From an uncultured Chitinophaga sp. (GTDB lineage Bacteria > Bacteroidota > Bacteroidia > NS11-12g > UBA955), in contig CAZDGF010000005.1 in assembly GCA_964505065.1 (NCBI GenBank), forward strand, positions 6,850-70,849: DNA of 64,000 bases, given 5' to 3'. The notes under the pieces were generated by a model that ran no database searches, was not told the origin of the DNA, and saw only the letters and a program-made list of their open reading frames with translations. The position numbers and the translations under genes were made by a program. Shown one piece after another: positions 30,429-40,372 of this stretch (its first letter is position 1; each line of letters opens with the position of its first letter).

Positions 30429-31484
30429 TTATTTCATAAAAGGATTTGAATACCTAATATCTGTTGTAAATTTAGGGTCTGAAAGGGTTTTTAAGAATGC
30501 AACTAAACCTTTTTTTTCTAATTCTGTAAGGTTTAATTTTAAAGGGATTGTGCCAATAAAGTCGCCTTTAGTGTTAAATTGTTCTTGCCTAAGTCCCAAG
30601 CTTAAAAATGGATGGTTTTTAATGCCAGAATTATAATGTTCAACAACCTCTTCTAAACTATTAAATCTACCATCGTGCATATAAGGTGCTGTAAATTCTA
30701 TGTTGTATAAATTAGGCACTCTAAAAATGCCATTTTGAATACCATTGTCTTTATAATCCATCTCTAAACCAATATTCTCTGTTTGCACCCAACTAAAACT
30801 ATTACTCAAATTATGGCAACTTACACAATTTCCTTTATTTTCATAAATTTCTTTACCAATAAGCTCTAATTGATTAAAGTTAGAGAATTTATTATTATTG
30901 TTGCCCAATTCAAATTTAGATTCATTTGGTCTTTTTAAAGCTTTTAAAAATTCTGCAATACATTCTTCAATTTTTTCAATTGTAATTTCTTCCGACATAT
31001 ATGCATTTTTAAATAATGGCAGATAATAAGGTAATGTTGCTATTTCTGTTGGTAAACTTTTTAAATCTATAACACCCATTTCTTCGTGGTTAACAACTGG
31101 TTTTAAGGCTAAATCTTTAAAATTTTTTGCCCTTGCATCCCAAAATAACCCATTTAATTCACTTTTACTGCTTATGCCTGGTGTGTTTCTATTTGTTAAT
31201 TTTCCAGCCACGCCCGCACTAAATTGTTTGCCATCTGCAAATGCTAAAGACTGTATATGGCAGGTGCCACAAGAAACGGAATTATTGGCGGATAAATGCT
31301 TATCGTAAAACAATACTCTTCCAAGTGTTGCTTTATTATTGTCTAAATTTGAGTATTGGTAAGGTTGGGCAGGTAGGTTAGGTGCAATTATTTCTGCATT
31401 TTTTGGTTCTTTTTTACAAGCAACAAAACAAAATAACAATGTTGAAATAATTGCGATACCAATTTTTTTTATTTTTTGTGTCAT
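30429..31484 (-). CDS. Di-heme cytochrome c peroxidase / MauG-family lipoprotein
   Basis: Lipobox FVAC, two heme motifs CGTCH and CVSCH at CCP-like spacing, and PYMHDGRF. Confidence 0.8.
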   Translation of the reverse strand: MTQKIKKIGIAIISTLLFCFVACKKEPKNAEIIAPNLPAQPYQYSNLDNNKATLGRVLFYDKHLSANNSVSCGTCHIQSLAFADGKQFSAGVAGKLTNRNTPGISSKSELNGLFWDARAKNFKDLALKPVVNHEEMGVIDLKSLPTEIATLPYYLPLFKNAYMSEEITIEKIEECIAEFLKALKRPNESKFELGNNNNKFSNFNQLELIGKEIYENKGNCVSCHNLSNSFSWVQTENIGLEMDYKDNGIQNGIFRVPNLYNIEFTAPYMHDGRFNSLEEVVEHYNSGIKNHPFLSLGLRQEQFNTKGDFIGTIPLKLNLTELEKKGLVAFLKTLSDPKFTTDIRYSNPFMK

Positions 31485-31489
31485 TTTAT

Positions 31490-32134
31490 TTATAATTTTA
31501 TACTTAAAAACAATGTTGAAGGCAAAAATACTGAACCACTTGTTCCACTTCTTGTTTCTGTTTGATTATTGTTAGGATTGCTCGAATTTGTAATCATTGT
31601 TTTAGATTTATATTTCATTACGTTAAAGCCTGTTTCTAAAAATAAACTGATACGTTTATTGAAATAATATTGTAAGCCATATACTAAACCAGCACCATTG
31701 CCATCGTATCTGGAACGTATACTTGACGAACTAAAATTGGAAGTATTATCTACATAATCATACATTAAATCAATGCCATAATAACATTTCCAGTGCTTTG
31801 TAATAATGCTTTGTTTTTCTATTCCAAAACGGTAGTTCATTGCATAGTTTTTAGTTGTTCTGTCGTTTGTGCTATTTTGTATTTTTTCTGTTTCTTTACT
31901 TGTAGTAACCCCAGCACCAAACCTTACATTAAAATTATTGCCCAAATATTTGTATGTTATTGTATAAGGACTGAATGGAATTGTTGTAGAACTAAAATTT
32001 AAAATTTGTTTTACAAAATTGGTGGCATTAAAGCCTAACTCATGTCTTAATATTTTAGAGGTATCTTGTGCATTCAATGTTATATTTTGACAAAATAGAA
32101 AAATGCCAAAAACAAGGATATAATATTTTCTCAT
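31490..32134 (-). CDS. Hypothetical outer-membrane beta-barrel protein
   Basis: 214 aa with a signal peptide and alternating aromatic/hydrophilic strands. It is co-directional with, and 5 nt upstream of, the peroxidase gene. Confidence 0.45.
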   Translation of the reverse strand: MRKYYILVFGIFLFCQNITLNAQDTSKILRHELGFNATNFVKQILNFSSTTIPFSPYTITYKYLGNNFNVRFGAGVTTSKETEKIQNSTNDRTTKNYAMNYRFGIEKQSIITKHWKCYYGIDLMYDYVDNTSNFSSSSIRSRYDGNGAGLVYGLQYYFNKRISLFLETGFNVMKYKSKTMITNSSNPNNNQTETRSGTSGSVFLPSTLFLSIKL

Positions 32135-32213
32135 TATTCAAAAATAATAAACCTTTATGAAACTACCAATTTAATTTTTAATAAACCATTGTTTCTAAAA
32201 AAAATAGTTTTAG

Positions 32214-32361
32214 CCCAAATTCAGCAATAGAATTGCTGAATCGAATAACAAATTGTAAATCATGTTTTTACAAAACATAATTACAATTTTTAAATCGGGG
32301 TTAATCCCAACTAAATCAAATAGTTCAATTTTTCAAATCTCCTATTGATTAATTTGGGTTT
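32214..32361. repeat. 148-bp MITE-like / structured intergenic element, copy 1
   Basis: Near-identical to 44095-44242, with one mismatch seen by eye. It has terminal inverted repeats cccaaatt / aatttggg and internal hairpins ttcagcaat-aga-attgctgaa and atgtttt-t-acaaaacat. Confidence 0.8.
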
Positions 32362-32380
32362 AGTTTGAATTTTTTAGCAT

Positions 32381-32412
32381 AAAAAAAGAACCTTAAAATT
32401 AAGGTTCTTTTT
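32381..32412 (-). terminator. Rho-independent terminator of the HU gene
   Basis: agaacctta / taaggttct hairpin flanked by an A-run (a T-run on the minus strand), ~35 nt after the HU stop. Confidence 0.7.
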
Positions 32413-32444
32413 AAAGAAAAGTTTTTAAAACTTTGTGCTTTCTA

Positions 32445-32720
32445 CTATTTGTTTACAGTAGCAGATAAAGTAGCACCAGCTTTAAATTTAGCAACTTTTT
32501 TAGCAGCAATTTTAATGGCTTTACCTGTTTGTGGGTTTCTGCCTGTTCTTGCAGCACGTTTAGTTACTGAAAAAGTACCAAAACCTACTAAAGTAATTTT
32601 GTCGCCTTTTTTCAAAGATTTAGAGATTGCCTCAACTGTAGCATCTAATGCTGCACCAGCATCTACTTTTGTTAATTTCGCACTTGAAGCGATTGCATCG
32701 ATTAATTCTGATTTGTTCAT
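32445..32720 (-). CDS. hup: HU-family DNA-binding protein
   Basis: [11 protein letters not shown]...[37 protein letters not shown]. Confidence 0.95.
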   Translation of the reverse strand: MNKSELIDAIASSAKLTKVDAGAALDATVEAISKSLKKGDKITLVGFGTFSVTKRAARTGRNPQTGKAIKIAAKKVAKFKAGATLSATVNK

Positions 32721-32786
32721 ATTGTTTATATATTGGTTTTAAAGCCACGAATATAAAGGAAAAACTAACTATGCAACATTTTTTTT

Positions 32787-33536
32787 CTATGAGTTTTTAA
32801 CAAGTAATAAACGTCTAACCCATATTTTACAATGATTCCATAGGTTTTGCACCCTGCCATAATGCTTTTGTAATACCTTGAAACGCTCTATATTACTGGC
32901 TTTGCGGTGTTTTGTAGAATGCCCATCGAGGGTAAAGCAAACCATAATGCTTTGTATATTAATTATTGTACGGCATTGCTTTAAACTACCTATAATCCAG
33001 TCAATATCTGCCACATGTTTATAGTTTGTATCGTATTTTTTGGCTAATTCTCGCTTAATAATAAATGCCTGATGCCCTACATTCATTCCCATTTTGAAAG
33101 ATTTCCAGTTTAATTTAGCAGGTAATTGGCGTGTTGTTTGTGCCGAGCGTGTGCCAATTTCTTTACCATTGGTATCTACAAGCATGGTTTCGCCATATAG
33201 GGCATCGCAATTGGTTTGTAGCGTTTGTAGTATTTTTTCTAAACTTTCAGTACTATAAGCATAATCGCCCGAGTTTAAAAACCAAACGTAATTGCCTGTT
33301 GCCATATTAAGCCCTTTGTTCATTGCATCGTAAATGCCCTTGTCAGGTTCAGATACCCAATTGGTGCTTATGGTTTGATGTTTTAAATAGTTAGGTGTTT
33401 CATCTTTCGAGCCACCATCTACTATTACTATTTCTATTGAATCTGAATAATCGGTTTGTTCAAAAATTTCTAATGTTTTACGCAAGCCTGCATAATTATT
33501 GTAAGCAATAGAAATTACTGAAAGCAATTTAGGCAT
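32787..33536 (-). CDS. Family 2 glycosyltransferase
   Basis: LSVISIAYNN...IVDGGSKDET...SEPDKGIYDAMNKG. The likely start is ATG at 33536, overlapping the upstream gene by 8 nt. Confidence 0.8.
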   Translation of the reverse strand: MPKLLSVISIAYNNYAGLRKTLEIFEQTDYSDSIEIVIVDGGSKDETPNYLKHQTISTNWVSEPDKGIYDAMNKGLNMATGNYVWFLNSGDYAYSTESLEKILQTLQTNCDALYGETMLVDTNGKEIGTRSAQTTRQLPAKLNWKSFKMGMNVGHQAFIIKRELAKKYDTNYKHVADIDWIIGSLKQCRTIINIQSIMVCFTLDGHSTKHRKASNIERFKVLQKHYGRVQNLWNHCKIWVRRLLLVKNS

Positions 33537-36120
33537 CGGCTTTTTTTCTGTACGATAATACCCAAAGTACAATATTTATAAGCATAAGCCCAAGTATGGT
33601 TAATGATGTAATTAAATCTACAGTATCGGTATTGCTTTCTATTTTATTATAATACAATACTATTTTATGATTGCCTGCTGGCACTTGCAGTCCTCTTAAA
33701 GTATAATTTACTTTATTCAAATCTGCTGGTTTGCCATCTATAGTGGCTTTCCAATCATCGTAATATATTTCTGAAAACACCAAATAGCCTGCATTTTGAT
33801 TTGATACATTGTACTTTAAAGTATCGGGGTGATAGGCTGTTAAAGTAGCTTTAGTTATAGAATCTACCGTAAATGTTGAGGTTTTTATCTCTTTATTTTT
33901 TTCAAAACTTTGATTGAATACTGCCTCTACTTTATTGTTAATATTTTTTAAATCTTCTATTTCTGTAATAGCATTTTCTTTAGCAGTAAGTTTTTGAATA
34001 TACCAAGCATTGCCATTGGCAGTATTTCTTTCTACAGGCATTCTGTTTTTTCCTTCTCTATCTGCATTTATCAAATATTTGCAATTCAACATATCCAATG
34101 TTGCATTAAAAGTAATTTCTGCTTTTGCTTGCGATATTGAATCTGTACCTCTATTGCCAAACATTTCTGAAATTAAATCTTGATAGCGGCTTAGTTTAGC
34201 TGGGTCGTAGCCACCAATTAGTTTATGGTAAGCTGCTGCCGAGTTATCATTGAAAGGTCCATTTTGTGGTGTTAAATCAAATACACGGTAGTGCAAGGTT
34301 TTATCTGCCAATATCATATTGTCGGCATTGTCCTTTGGTGTTACCAATGCTTCTCCTTTTTCAAAAGTAAATTCTTCGTTGCTCAAATAGCGTAAATCAA
34401 CACCCACCAAATCTATAACAGCCAATACACCTATAATAATAATGGCTATGTTTTTATTCAATTTATTGGTGTACCAAGCCCAAAGCGCACCAAATACCAA
34501 ACCTATGAATATCAAAGAACGTAAAGCATCTGTACGCAACATACTTGCTCTATCCTCTTTCAATGCTGTTATTATTGGCGTATAATCTTGTCCCGCTTGT
34601 TTGCCTTGGTTAAGTAATTGAACATCTGTACTACCGCTCATATCTACTATACTTGGACCAAACAAAGCCATTAACAAACAAAAACCGCCAACGCCATAAA
34701 ATACATAAGTTATTTTTTGCCAAACGGCATTGCTGCTTTCTTTGGGTTCTATTGCATCTATTACAATATCTTTGGTGTTTTTTACACCTTTATTTTGTTT
34801 TGCCATTTGCCAATTGTCGTACAATTGTTTTATACCTAAAAAACCTAACAATGGCATAGTAACTTGCGCTATGCAAAAAGCCATCATGGGTGTTCTAAAT
34901 TTATTGAAATAAGGCAAATGGTCGAATAAAAATTGATTGACAATTAAAAAATATTTACCCCAACCCAATATAAAAGATATAAGCGTAAGCGCAAGCAATG
35001 CCCATTTGATATTGCTTTTTACAACTACTAAACCAATAAAAAATAAAAATACAATAATTGCACCTATATATGTTGTACCCGATTGTATGCTCAAATCGCC
35101 ATGGTAGGTTGGCGCAGTATCTTGTTGTGTAGCTTTGTAAAACTCTGAATCTTCAGATACTTTTTCAGCACCACTTCCGCCATATATTCTTGGTATAAGC
35201 AATGTAAAGGTTTCGCCTATACCATAGCTAAAATCAAAAGCATAATCTATGCTTAATCCTTCTTTGCCTGTTTCGGTTTTATCGCCTTTATCTCCTTTTT
35301 TACCTGCTCTTACCAAATCATTGCCACCACGCATGGTGCTTTCTGCAAATTTTGAGGTGCTTTTTATTTTAGAGGTGCTTGTGGCTACCCCTATACTTGT
35401 AGCCGCTATGGCTATAATGGTAGAAATAATTAAAGGCTTAATATTGTTTTCTTTTACAGCTTCTATAATGTAGTAAATACCCATAACTACCATGGTAATT
35501 AAAGAATAAAAGGTAATTTGATAATGGAAATAATACAATTGTAAGGATAAATTAAAAGCCAACATTACGCCACCTAAAAAATATTTACCTCTAAAAAGCC
35601 AGTGCATACTTGCCAATATTGCAGGCATTAAAGCCATACACAACACTTTTGTATAATGCGCAGCCTCTATACTGGAAATACTATAAGTAGCAAAACCGTA
35701 AGCCAAAGCTGCCAAAGCCCCATATTGCGGCTTGACTTTAAAAGCACACATGAGCAAATAAAAACCAATAAACGATAGGAATAGAATTTTAAACGGATAA
35801 GCAGTGCCATTAAACAATGGGGTTAAATAGCTATAACGCGGCACATAATTGTAATTTTCTTTACCATATATCATGGTGGTAGGCATACCAGAAAAAATAC
35901 TGTTTGTCCAACCTGGGGTTTTGCCTTCAAGTTCTCTGTATTTGGTTATTTCTGTGCTTTTAAGTAAGCCTTGTGTAACGTCTTCTTCTCTATTGGTATA
36001 GCCTTGAAAAGTTTTGAAAAAATACAAATAGCCAACTAAAAAGAAAACCACAATAACTATGGCATGTGGGGCAGCATCGTTTAATAATTTTTTAAAATTT
36101 AACATAAAATAATTGAGCAA
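33529..36120 (-). CDS. YfhO-like large polytopic membrane protein (putative glycosyl carrier/transferase)
   Basis: 863 aa with many TM helices, a large extracytoplasmic C-terminal domain and a final TM. It is translationally overlapped with the GT2 gene. The family call is from architecture only. Confidence 0.5.
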   Translation of the reverse strand: MLNYFMLNFKKLLNDAAPHAIVIVVFFLVGYLYFFKTFQGYTNREEDVTQGLLKSTEITKYRELEGKTPGWTNSIFSGMPTTMIYGKENYNYVPRYSYLTPLFNGTAYPFKILFLSFIGFYLLMCAFKVKPQYGALAALAYGFATYSISSIEAAHYTKVLCMALMPAILASMHWLFRGKYFLGGVMLAFNLSLQLYYFHYQITFYSLITMVVMGIYYIIEAVKENNIKPLIISTIIAIAATSIGVATSTSKIKSTSKFAESTMRGGNDLVRAGKKGDKGDKTETGKEGLSIDYAFDFSYGIGETFTLLIPRIYGGSGAEKVSEDSEFYKATQQDTAPTYHGDLSIQSGTTYIGAIIVFLFFIGLVVVKSNIKWALLALTLISFILGWGKYFLIVNQFLFDHLPYFNKFRTPMMAFCIAQVTMPLLGFLGIKQLYDNWQMAKQNKGVKNTKDIVIDAIEPKESSNAVWQKITYVFYGVGGFCLLMALFGPSIVDMSGSTDVQLLNQGKQAGQDYTPIITALKEDRASMLRTDALRSLIFIGLVFGALWAWYTNKLNKNIAIIIIGVLAVIDLVGVDLRYLSNEEFTFEKGEALVTPKDNADNMILADKTLHYRVFDLTPQNGPFNDNSAAAYHKLIGGYDPAKLSRYQDLISEMFGNRGTDSISQAKAEITFNATLDMLNCKYLINADREGKNRMPVERNTANGNAWYIQKLTAKENAITEIEDLKNINNKVEAVFNQSFEKNKEIKTSTFTVDSITKATLTAYHPDTLKYNVSNQNAGYLVFSEIYYDDWKATIDGKPADLNKVNYTLRGLQVPAGNHKIVLYYNKIESNTDTVDLITSLTILGLMLINIVLWVLSYRKKADA

Positions 36121-36245
36121 ACTTAACAGAAAAAGATATTTTTTACTACTAAAGTTTAAAAAAAGATTGAAATATTGTTGGTTAATACCCGTTCAGCCTA
36201 TGCGCAAAGAACAGCAATGTAAAAAAAGTTACTTTATAGAAGTTC

Positions 36246-36290
36246 ATTTCGACAAGCTCAATGAACAAATTTCGACAAGCTCAATGAACA
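36246..36290. repeat. Tandem direct repeat 2 x 22 nt (atttcgacaagctcaatgaaca), followed by 3 x aacaattc at about 36311-36335
   Basis: Exact copies at 36246-36267 and 36269-36290, in the brx to yfhO-like intergenic region. Confidence 0.75.
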
Positions 36291-36336
36291 ACTTAACAAT
36301 ACAGCAATATAACAATTCAACAATTCAACAATTCTC

Positions 36337-36753
36337 TTAACAATGCGCAGTATATGCAGCTTTCAAGTTTTCAGAAATTTGCTCGGCAGTATGTCCTTCA
36401 ATTTCTAATCGTTGTACAAAATGTACCAATTTGCCGTCTTTAAATAAAGCAATACTTGGCGATGATGGCGGAAAAGGTAGCATTAAGTTTCTTGCTTCGT
36501 TTACAGCATCTATATCTTGACCAGCAAATACGGTAAATAAATTATCGGGTGTTTTTTCGTTGGTTAGCGAGCGGATAATACCAGGACGGGCAGCACCAGC
36601 AGCACATCCGCACACAGAATTTACAACTACTACGCTTGTGCCTTTGGCATTTGGTAGGAGATTAACAACCTCTTCGGCTGTTTTAAGTTCGGTAAAACCT
36701 ACATTGGTAAGTTCTGCACGCATAGGTGCTACAAGCATTTCAGGATATGGCAT
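36337..36753 (-). CDS. Bacilliredoxin (BrxA/BrxB, YphP/YqiW family)
   Basis: MPYPEMLVAPMRAELT...VVVNSVCGCAAGAARPG with a CGC redox motif. Confidence 0.85.
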   Translation of the reverse strand: MPYPEMLVAPMRAELTNVGFTELKTAEEVVNLLPNAKGTSVVVVNSVCGCAAGAARPGIIRSLTNEKTPDNLFTVFAGQDIDAVNEARNLMLPFPPSSPSIALFKDGKLVHFVQRLEIEGHTAEQISENLKAAYTAHC

Positions 36754-36890
36754 AATAAAATTTTGATTTTTGATTTTAGATTTTTTTTGGTACTTGCAAA
36801 TTTAAGTTTGCTTGGCATATTGCCACAACTTTATTTTATCAATATTTTAAATAAGGTTATTTATTATTTTCGTTAGTAATATAAAGAAAA

Positions 36891-37037
36891 TTATCTTGCT
36901 AACTTTAACTTTCTTTGATTTAAGTATGCCTTAAATTCTGTAAAAGACATTCCTTTGGTTTCTTTTGCAATTTTTTCTCTTACCTCTCTAAAAAATTTAA
37001 CAGTATCAAATTCTTTTTCTATATTTTTATTATTCAT
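36891..37037 (-). CDS. Small hypothetical protein (48 aa)
   Basis: Manual translation gives MNNKNIEKEFDTVKFFREVREKIAKETKGMSFTEFKAYLNQRKLKLAR. It is below the ORF-track size cut-off, sits in an otherwise empty 550-bp gap, and has helical, charged composition. Confidence 0.3.
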   Translation of the reverse strand: MNNKNIEKEFDTVKFFREVREKIAKETKGMSFTEFKAYLNQRKLKLAR

Positions 37038-37275
37038 TTGTAATAATTTCTTTAGGTGAACGTATAATTAATTATACGAATTTTATAATCGTGGTTTTAT
37101 CACACAACAAAGGTATAAATAATATTTTTATTTTAGATAAGGTTATTTTGAAGTGGGTTTGAGGCATTAATAATTATTAAAACTTTGCGTCTTTATTCCC
37201 TATCGGTCATGAGAATAGTTGCGTGATGGTTTTTAATTTATAAATTGGTAGATTATTTTGAAGATAAATTTTATG

Positions 37276-37283
37276 TACGTTTG
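37276..37283 (+). promoter_or_regulatory. Candidate -7 box (TAnnTTTG) for hutH
   Basis: tacgtttg lies 27 nt upstream of the hutH ATG. A TTTG sits at 37257-37260. Confidence 0.3.
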
Positions 37284-37309
37284 TAGCTTATTATTTTAAG
37301 ATAAAAACT

Positions 37310-38782
37310 ATGTTTGAAATAGGTCATCATTTGAATTTAGAAGTTATAAGCCAATTTGTAGCCAATAAATTACCTTTAAAATTAAGCGAAACGGCTATTC
37401 AAAATATTGAAAAATCGTACCAATATTTACAACAAAAAATAAATGGAAATGACGCTGTAATTTATGGTATAAATACGGGTTTTGGCTCTTTGTGTAATAC
37501 TGTAATAGCAAAAGAAAATTTGGCAACTTTGCAGTATAATTTATTACGCTCGCATGCTTGCGGCACTGGTGAGTATGTGCCTAAAGAAATTGTAAAACTG
37601 ATGCTTTTGCTTAAAGCGCAATCTTTGGCTTATGGCTACTCTGGGGTGCAATTGGCAACAGTGCAGCGTTTAATAGATTTTTATAATTTGGATATTTTGC
37701 CTGTGGTGTATCAGCAAGGTTCATTGGGTGCCAGTGGCGATTTAGCCCCTTTGGCACATTTAAGTTTGCCGCTAATAGGCGAGGGGCAAGTGTGGAATGG
37801 CAACGAAATTGTAGAAGCAAGCGAGGTGTTGAAAAAGCACAATTTAACACCTATTGTTTTAGGTCCAAAAGAAGGTTTGGCATTAATAAACGGTACACAA
37901 TTTATGAGTGCTTATGGGGTAGATTGTTTGCTGAAAGCCAAAAAAATAATAGCGCAAGGCAATACAATTGCAGCTATTAGCATTGATGCTTTTGATGCTC
38001 GTATAGAGCCATTTTTGCCTTATACCCATACCATAAGAAACCAAAAAGGGCAAATAGAAACAGCCAAAACTATTTTTGATTTATTGCAAGGCAGTAGCAT
38101 TATTACGCAAGCTAAAACACAGGTGCAAGACCCCTATTCGTTTCGTTGTATTCCGCAAGTGCATGGGGCAAGTGCCGATGCTTTGGCATATACAGAAACA
38201 ATTTTTGAAAATGAAATAAATGCAGTTACAGATAATCCGAATATTTTTGCTGATGAAGATTTAATAATTAGCGGAGGCAATTTTCATGGGCAAACTTTGG
38301 CATTGGCTTTAGATTTTGCTGCCATAGCCCTTGCCGAATTGGGCAATATTGCAGAACGCAGAATTTTTCAATTGATAAGTGGCACAAGGGGTTTACCTGC
38401 TTTTTTAACCCAAAATGCAGGACTTGAAAGCGGCTTAATGATAGCCCAATATACAGCGGCAAGCATTGTAAGCCAAAATAAACAGCTATGCACACCTGCA
38501 AGTATAGATAGCATTGTTAGCAGCAATGGGCAAGAAGACCATGTAAGCATGGGCGCAAATGCAGCCACCAAATTGGCAAAAATTATAGATAATGTATTTC
38601 AAATTATTGCCATAGAGCTTGTAACAGCGCATAGAGCTATTGCATACAGAAAGCCATTGGAAACCTCGCCCATATTAGCAAAAGTTTTAACCAACTACGA
38701 GCAGCAAGTAAAACCCAAAAATGAAGATGAGTTTTTATCGCCTATTTTGTTGAGGGCAAAGGGGTTTGTGGAAGGGGAATAA
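37310..38782 (+). CDS. hutH: Histidine ammonia-lyase
   Basis: GSLGASGDLAPLAHL (the ASG triad that forms the MIO cofactor), NGTQFM, QEDHVSMG. Confidence 0.92.
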   Translation: MFEIGHHLNLEVISQFVANKLPLKLSETAIQNIEKSYQYLQQKINGNDAVIYGINTGFGSLCNTVIAKENLATLQYNLLRSHACGTGEYVPKEIVKLMLLLKAQSLAYGYSGVQLATVQRLIDFYNLDILPVVYQQGSLGASGDLAPLAHLSLPLIGEGQVWNGNEIVEASEVLKKHNLTPIVLGPKEGLALINGTQFMSAYGVDCLLKAKKIIAQGNTIAAISIDAFDARIEPFLPYTHTIRNQKGQIETAKTIFDLLQGSSIITQAKTQVQDPYSFRCIPQVHGASADALAYTETIFENEINAVTDNPNIFADEDLIISGGNFHGQTLALALDFAAIALAELGNIAERRIFQLISGTRGLPAFLTQNAGLESGLMIAQYTAASIVSQNKQLCTPASIDSIVSSNGQEDHVSMGANAATKLAKIIDNVFQIIAIELVTAHRAIAYRKPLETSPILAKVLTNYEQQVKPKNEDEFLSPILLRAKGFVEGE

Positions 38783-38790
38783 TACAATAA

Positions 38791-38822
38791 AAAAAGGCTT
38801 TGATAATTCAAAGCCTTTTTTA
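38791..38822. terminator. Bidirectional terminator between hutH and the 196-aa lipoprotein gene
   Basis: ggctttga-taat-tcaaagcc hairpin flanked by an A-run and a T-run. Confidence 0.75.
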
Positions 38823-38842
38823 TGATTAGAATTTTGATAGTT

Positions 38843-39433
38843 TTATTTGACTACTTTAAAAAAGTAAATACCAATACCTCTATCCTCTAATGCTTTAAAT
38901 TCTTCTGCAACTTCTGGATATAGAGCCAACATTTTATCTTTATGGTTATTATAAACATTAAATTTATACAAAATTGAACATGAAAGGTCTCCTTGACTTG
39001 TTTCAGCAACTAATTGACAAATATCAGTTCTTAAATAATAATATCCTGTATCAGTAAAATTGCAATTAGCAGTAAAATCTAAAGATTGCAAATCAGTTAT
39101 TTTATTTACAGAAAATTTATCTACCGATTGACTATTAGTAAAAATTTGTTTGGATTCAAATTTATATCCAGTTCTTGATGGATTAAATCTTAATGATTCT
39201 ATAAACACTTGCAAATCTTTAACCTTATTAACATCAAAATTTTTATTTGATTCAGTATTTAAAGGTCTATTGAATTTAATTTGAATATTCAAATTTTCAC
39301 CAAGTTTTATTATTGGCATACTGCCACTTAAACTCATTAAAATATTTGCTTTTTCAGTTACTTTTGGTATATACCTATCTTTGCAATTACTTAAAGTTAT
39401 AAGTAAAAAAATTAAGAATAAAAAAGATTTCAT
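38843..39433 (-). CDS. Lipoprotein, paralog of the 39762-40370 product (partner of the HExxH lipoprotein module)
   Basis: Lipobox LSNC. Shares KLGE/KLGD, DTGYY/DTGYF and the C-terminal RGIGIYFFKV / RGIGYYAFKV with the 202-aa paralog. Confidence 0.6.
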   Translation of the reverse strand: MKSFLFLIFLLITLSNCKDRYIPKVTEKANILMSLSGSMPIIKLGENLNIQIKFNRPLNTESNKNFDVNKVKDLQVFIESLRFNPSRTGYKFESKQIFTNSQSVDKFSVNKITDLQSLDFTANCNFTDTGYYYLRTDICQLVAETSQGDLSCSILYKFNVYNNHKDKMLALYPEVAEEFKALEDRGIGIYFFKVVK

Positions 39434-39445
39434 TGTAATTTATTT

Positions 39446-39706
39446 TTAAGGAGTAACACCATTACCCACTGCTATATCTTGAAAATCTGTTGCTCCCCCA
39501 TAAGCGTTAACATAAGCTGTTCTATAATCTTGTATATTTATTACAGAAGAAGATAATAAGCCATATAATTGAGCTACCGTTCTTCCATTAATATTATCCC
39601 ATGTTTCTGCGGCATTATAATTATCCATTAAATCATTAAAAACGCCTTTACATATCCAATTATCAGCAAACCAATTTGCTTTATATTTTAAAATTTTAGT
39701 TTTCAT
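39446..39706 (-). pseudogene. Orphan 3' fragment (86 codons) duplicated from the C-terminus of the 598-aa HExxH lipoprotein gene
   Basis: NWICKGVFNDLMDNYNAAETWDNINGRTVAQLYGLLSSSVINIQDYRTAYVNAYG is near-identical to DWICKGVFNDLMDGFNGAETWDNINGRTVAQLYGLLSSSVINIEDYQTAYVNAYG at the end of 40373-42169. DNA similarity is visible over ~235 bp. Confidence 0.6.
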
Positions 39707-39714
39707 TATTTATT

Positions 39715-39752
39715 TAAAAAACACAAAGAGAAATAAATTACTTCTCTTTGTG
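39715..39752 (-). terminator. Rho-independent terminator between the complete module and the orphan module
   Basis: cacaaagagaa (39722-39732) / ttctctttgtg (39742-39752), with an A-run at 39715-39721 that reads as a T-run on the minus strand. Confidence 0.65.
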
Positions 39753-39761
39753 TAGTTGTTT

Positions 39762-40370
39762 TTATGGAATTACTTTGAATGCGTAATAACCAATCCCTCT
39801 TTTTAAACGCAAATCGGCTACAGGTTTATTACAAGAGTATTTAGTGTTTAATTCATTAATTAAGCTATTTGCTTTAAAATAATAATTTAAACTAATATCA
39901 ATTATTTCTTCATCTTTTTTTCTTTTACCTTTTTTTAATAACCTTAACACATCACCTTGTCTATGGTCAAAAGTAAAATATCCCGTATCTTTAGCAATAA
40001 AAATTGAACTAATTTTTCTGTTTTTAAGAATATTCTCGTTATCATCGTTAAAAGCAGAATAAGATATACCTGATTTCTTAGAAATAAAACCTTTATAAAC
40101 ATTGTAACATATTTGGGTATCACCTATAATATTTGCAGAAAAAGTGGGTTGCCAGTTTTTAACCTCATCGTATTTTATTATATTTCCATTTACATCTGTT
40201 ATTTCGCTTGGTAATTCAGTAAATACAAATAAAGTATCACCTAATTTTAATATTCCACTCGTATCTGATAAATAAACTGGTAAAATAGCATTATATTTGG
40301 GAGAAAATCTTTGAGGGTCGCAATTTGATAACAAAAATGTTATTATGCAACACAATAAAAATTTACGCAT
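39762..40370 (-). CDS. Lipoprotein, partner of the HExxH lipoprotein
   Basis: Lipobox LSNC, 202 aa. It begins 2 nt downstream of the 598-aa gene and is a paralog of 38843-39433. Confidence 0.6.
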   Translation of the reverse strand: MRKFLLCCIITFLLSNCDPQRFSPKYNAILPVYLSDTSGILKLGDTLFVFTELPSEITDVNGNIIKYDEVKNWQPTFSANIIGDTQICYNVYKGFISKKSGISYSAFNDDNENILKNRKISSIFIAKDTGYFTFDHRQGDVLRLLKKGKRKKDEEIIDISLNYYFKANSLINELNTKYSCNKPVADLRLKRGIGYYAFKVIP

Positions 40371-40372
40371 AT

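Noticed and set aside
36113-36340. 75-aa plus-strand ORF
   Set aside because: It is a translation of the tandem 22-mer and 8-mer repeats in an intergenic region.
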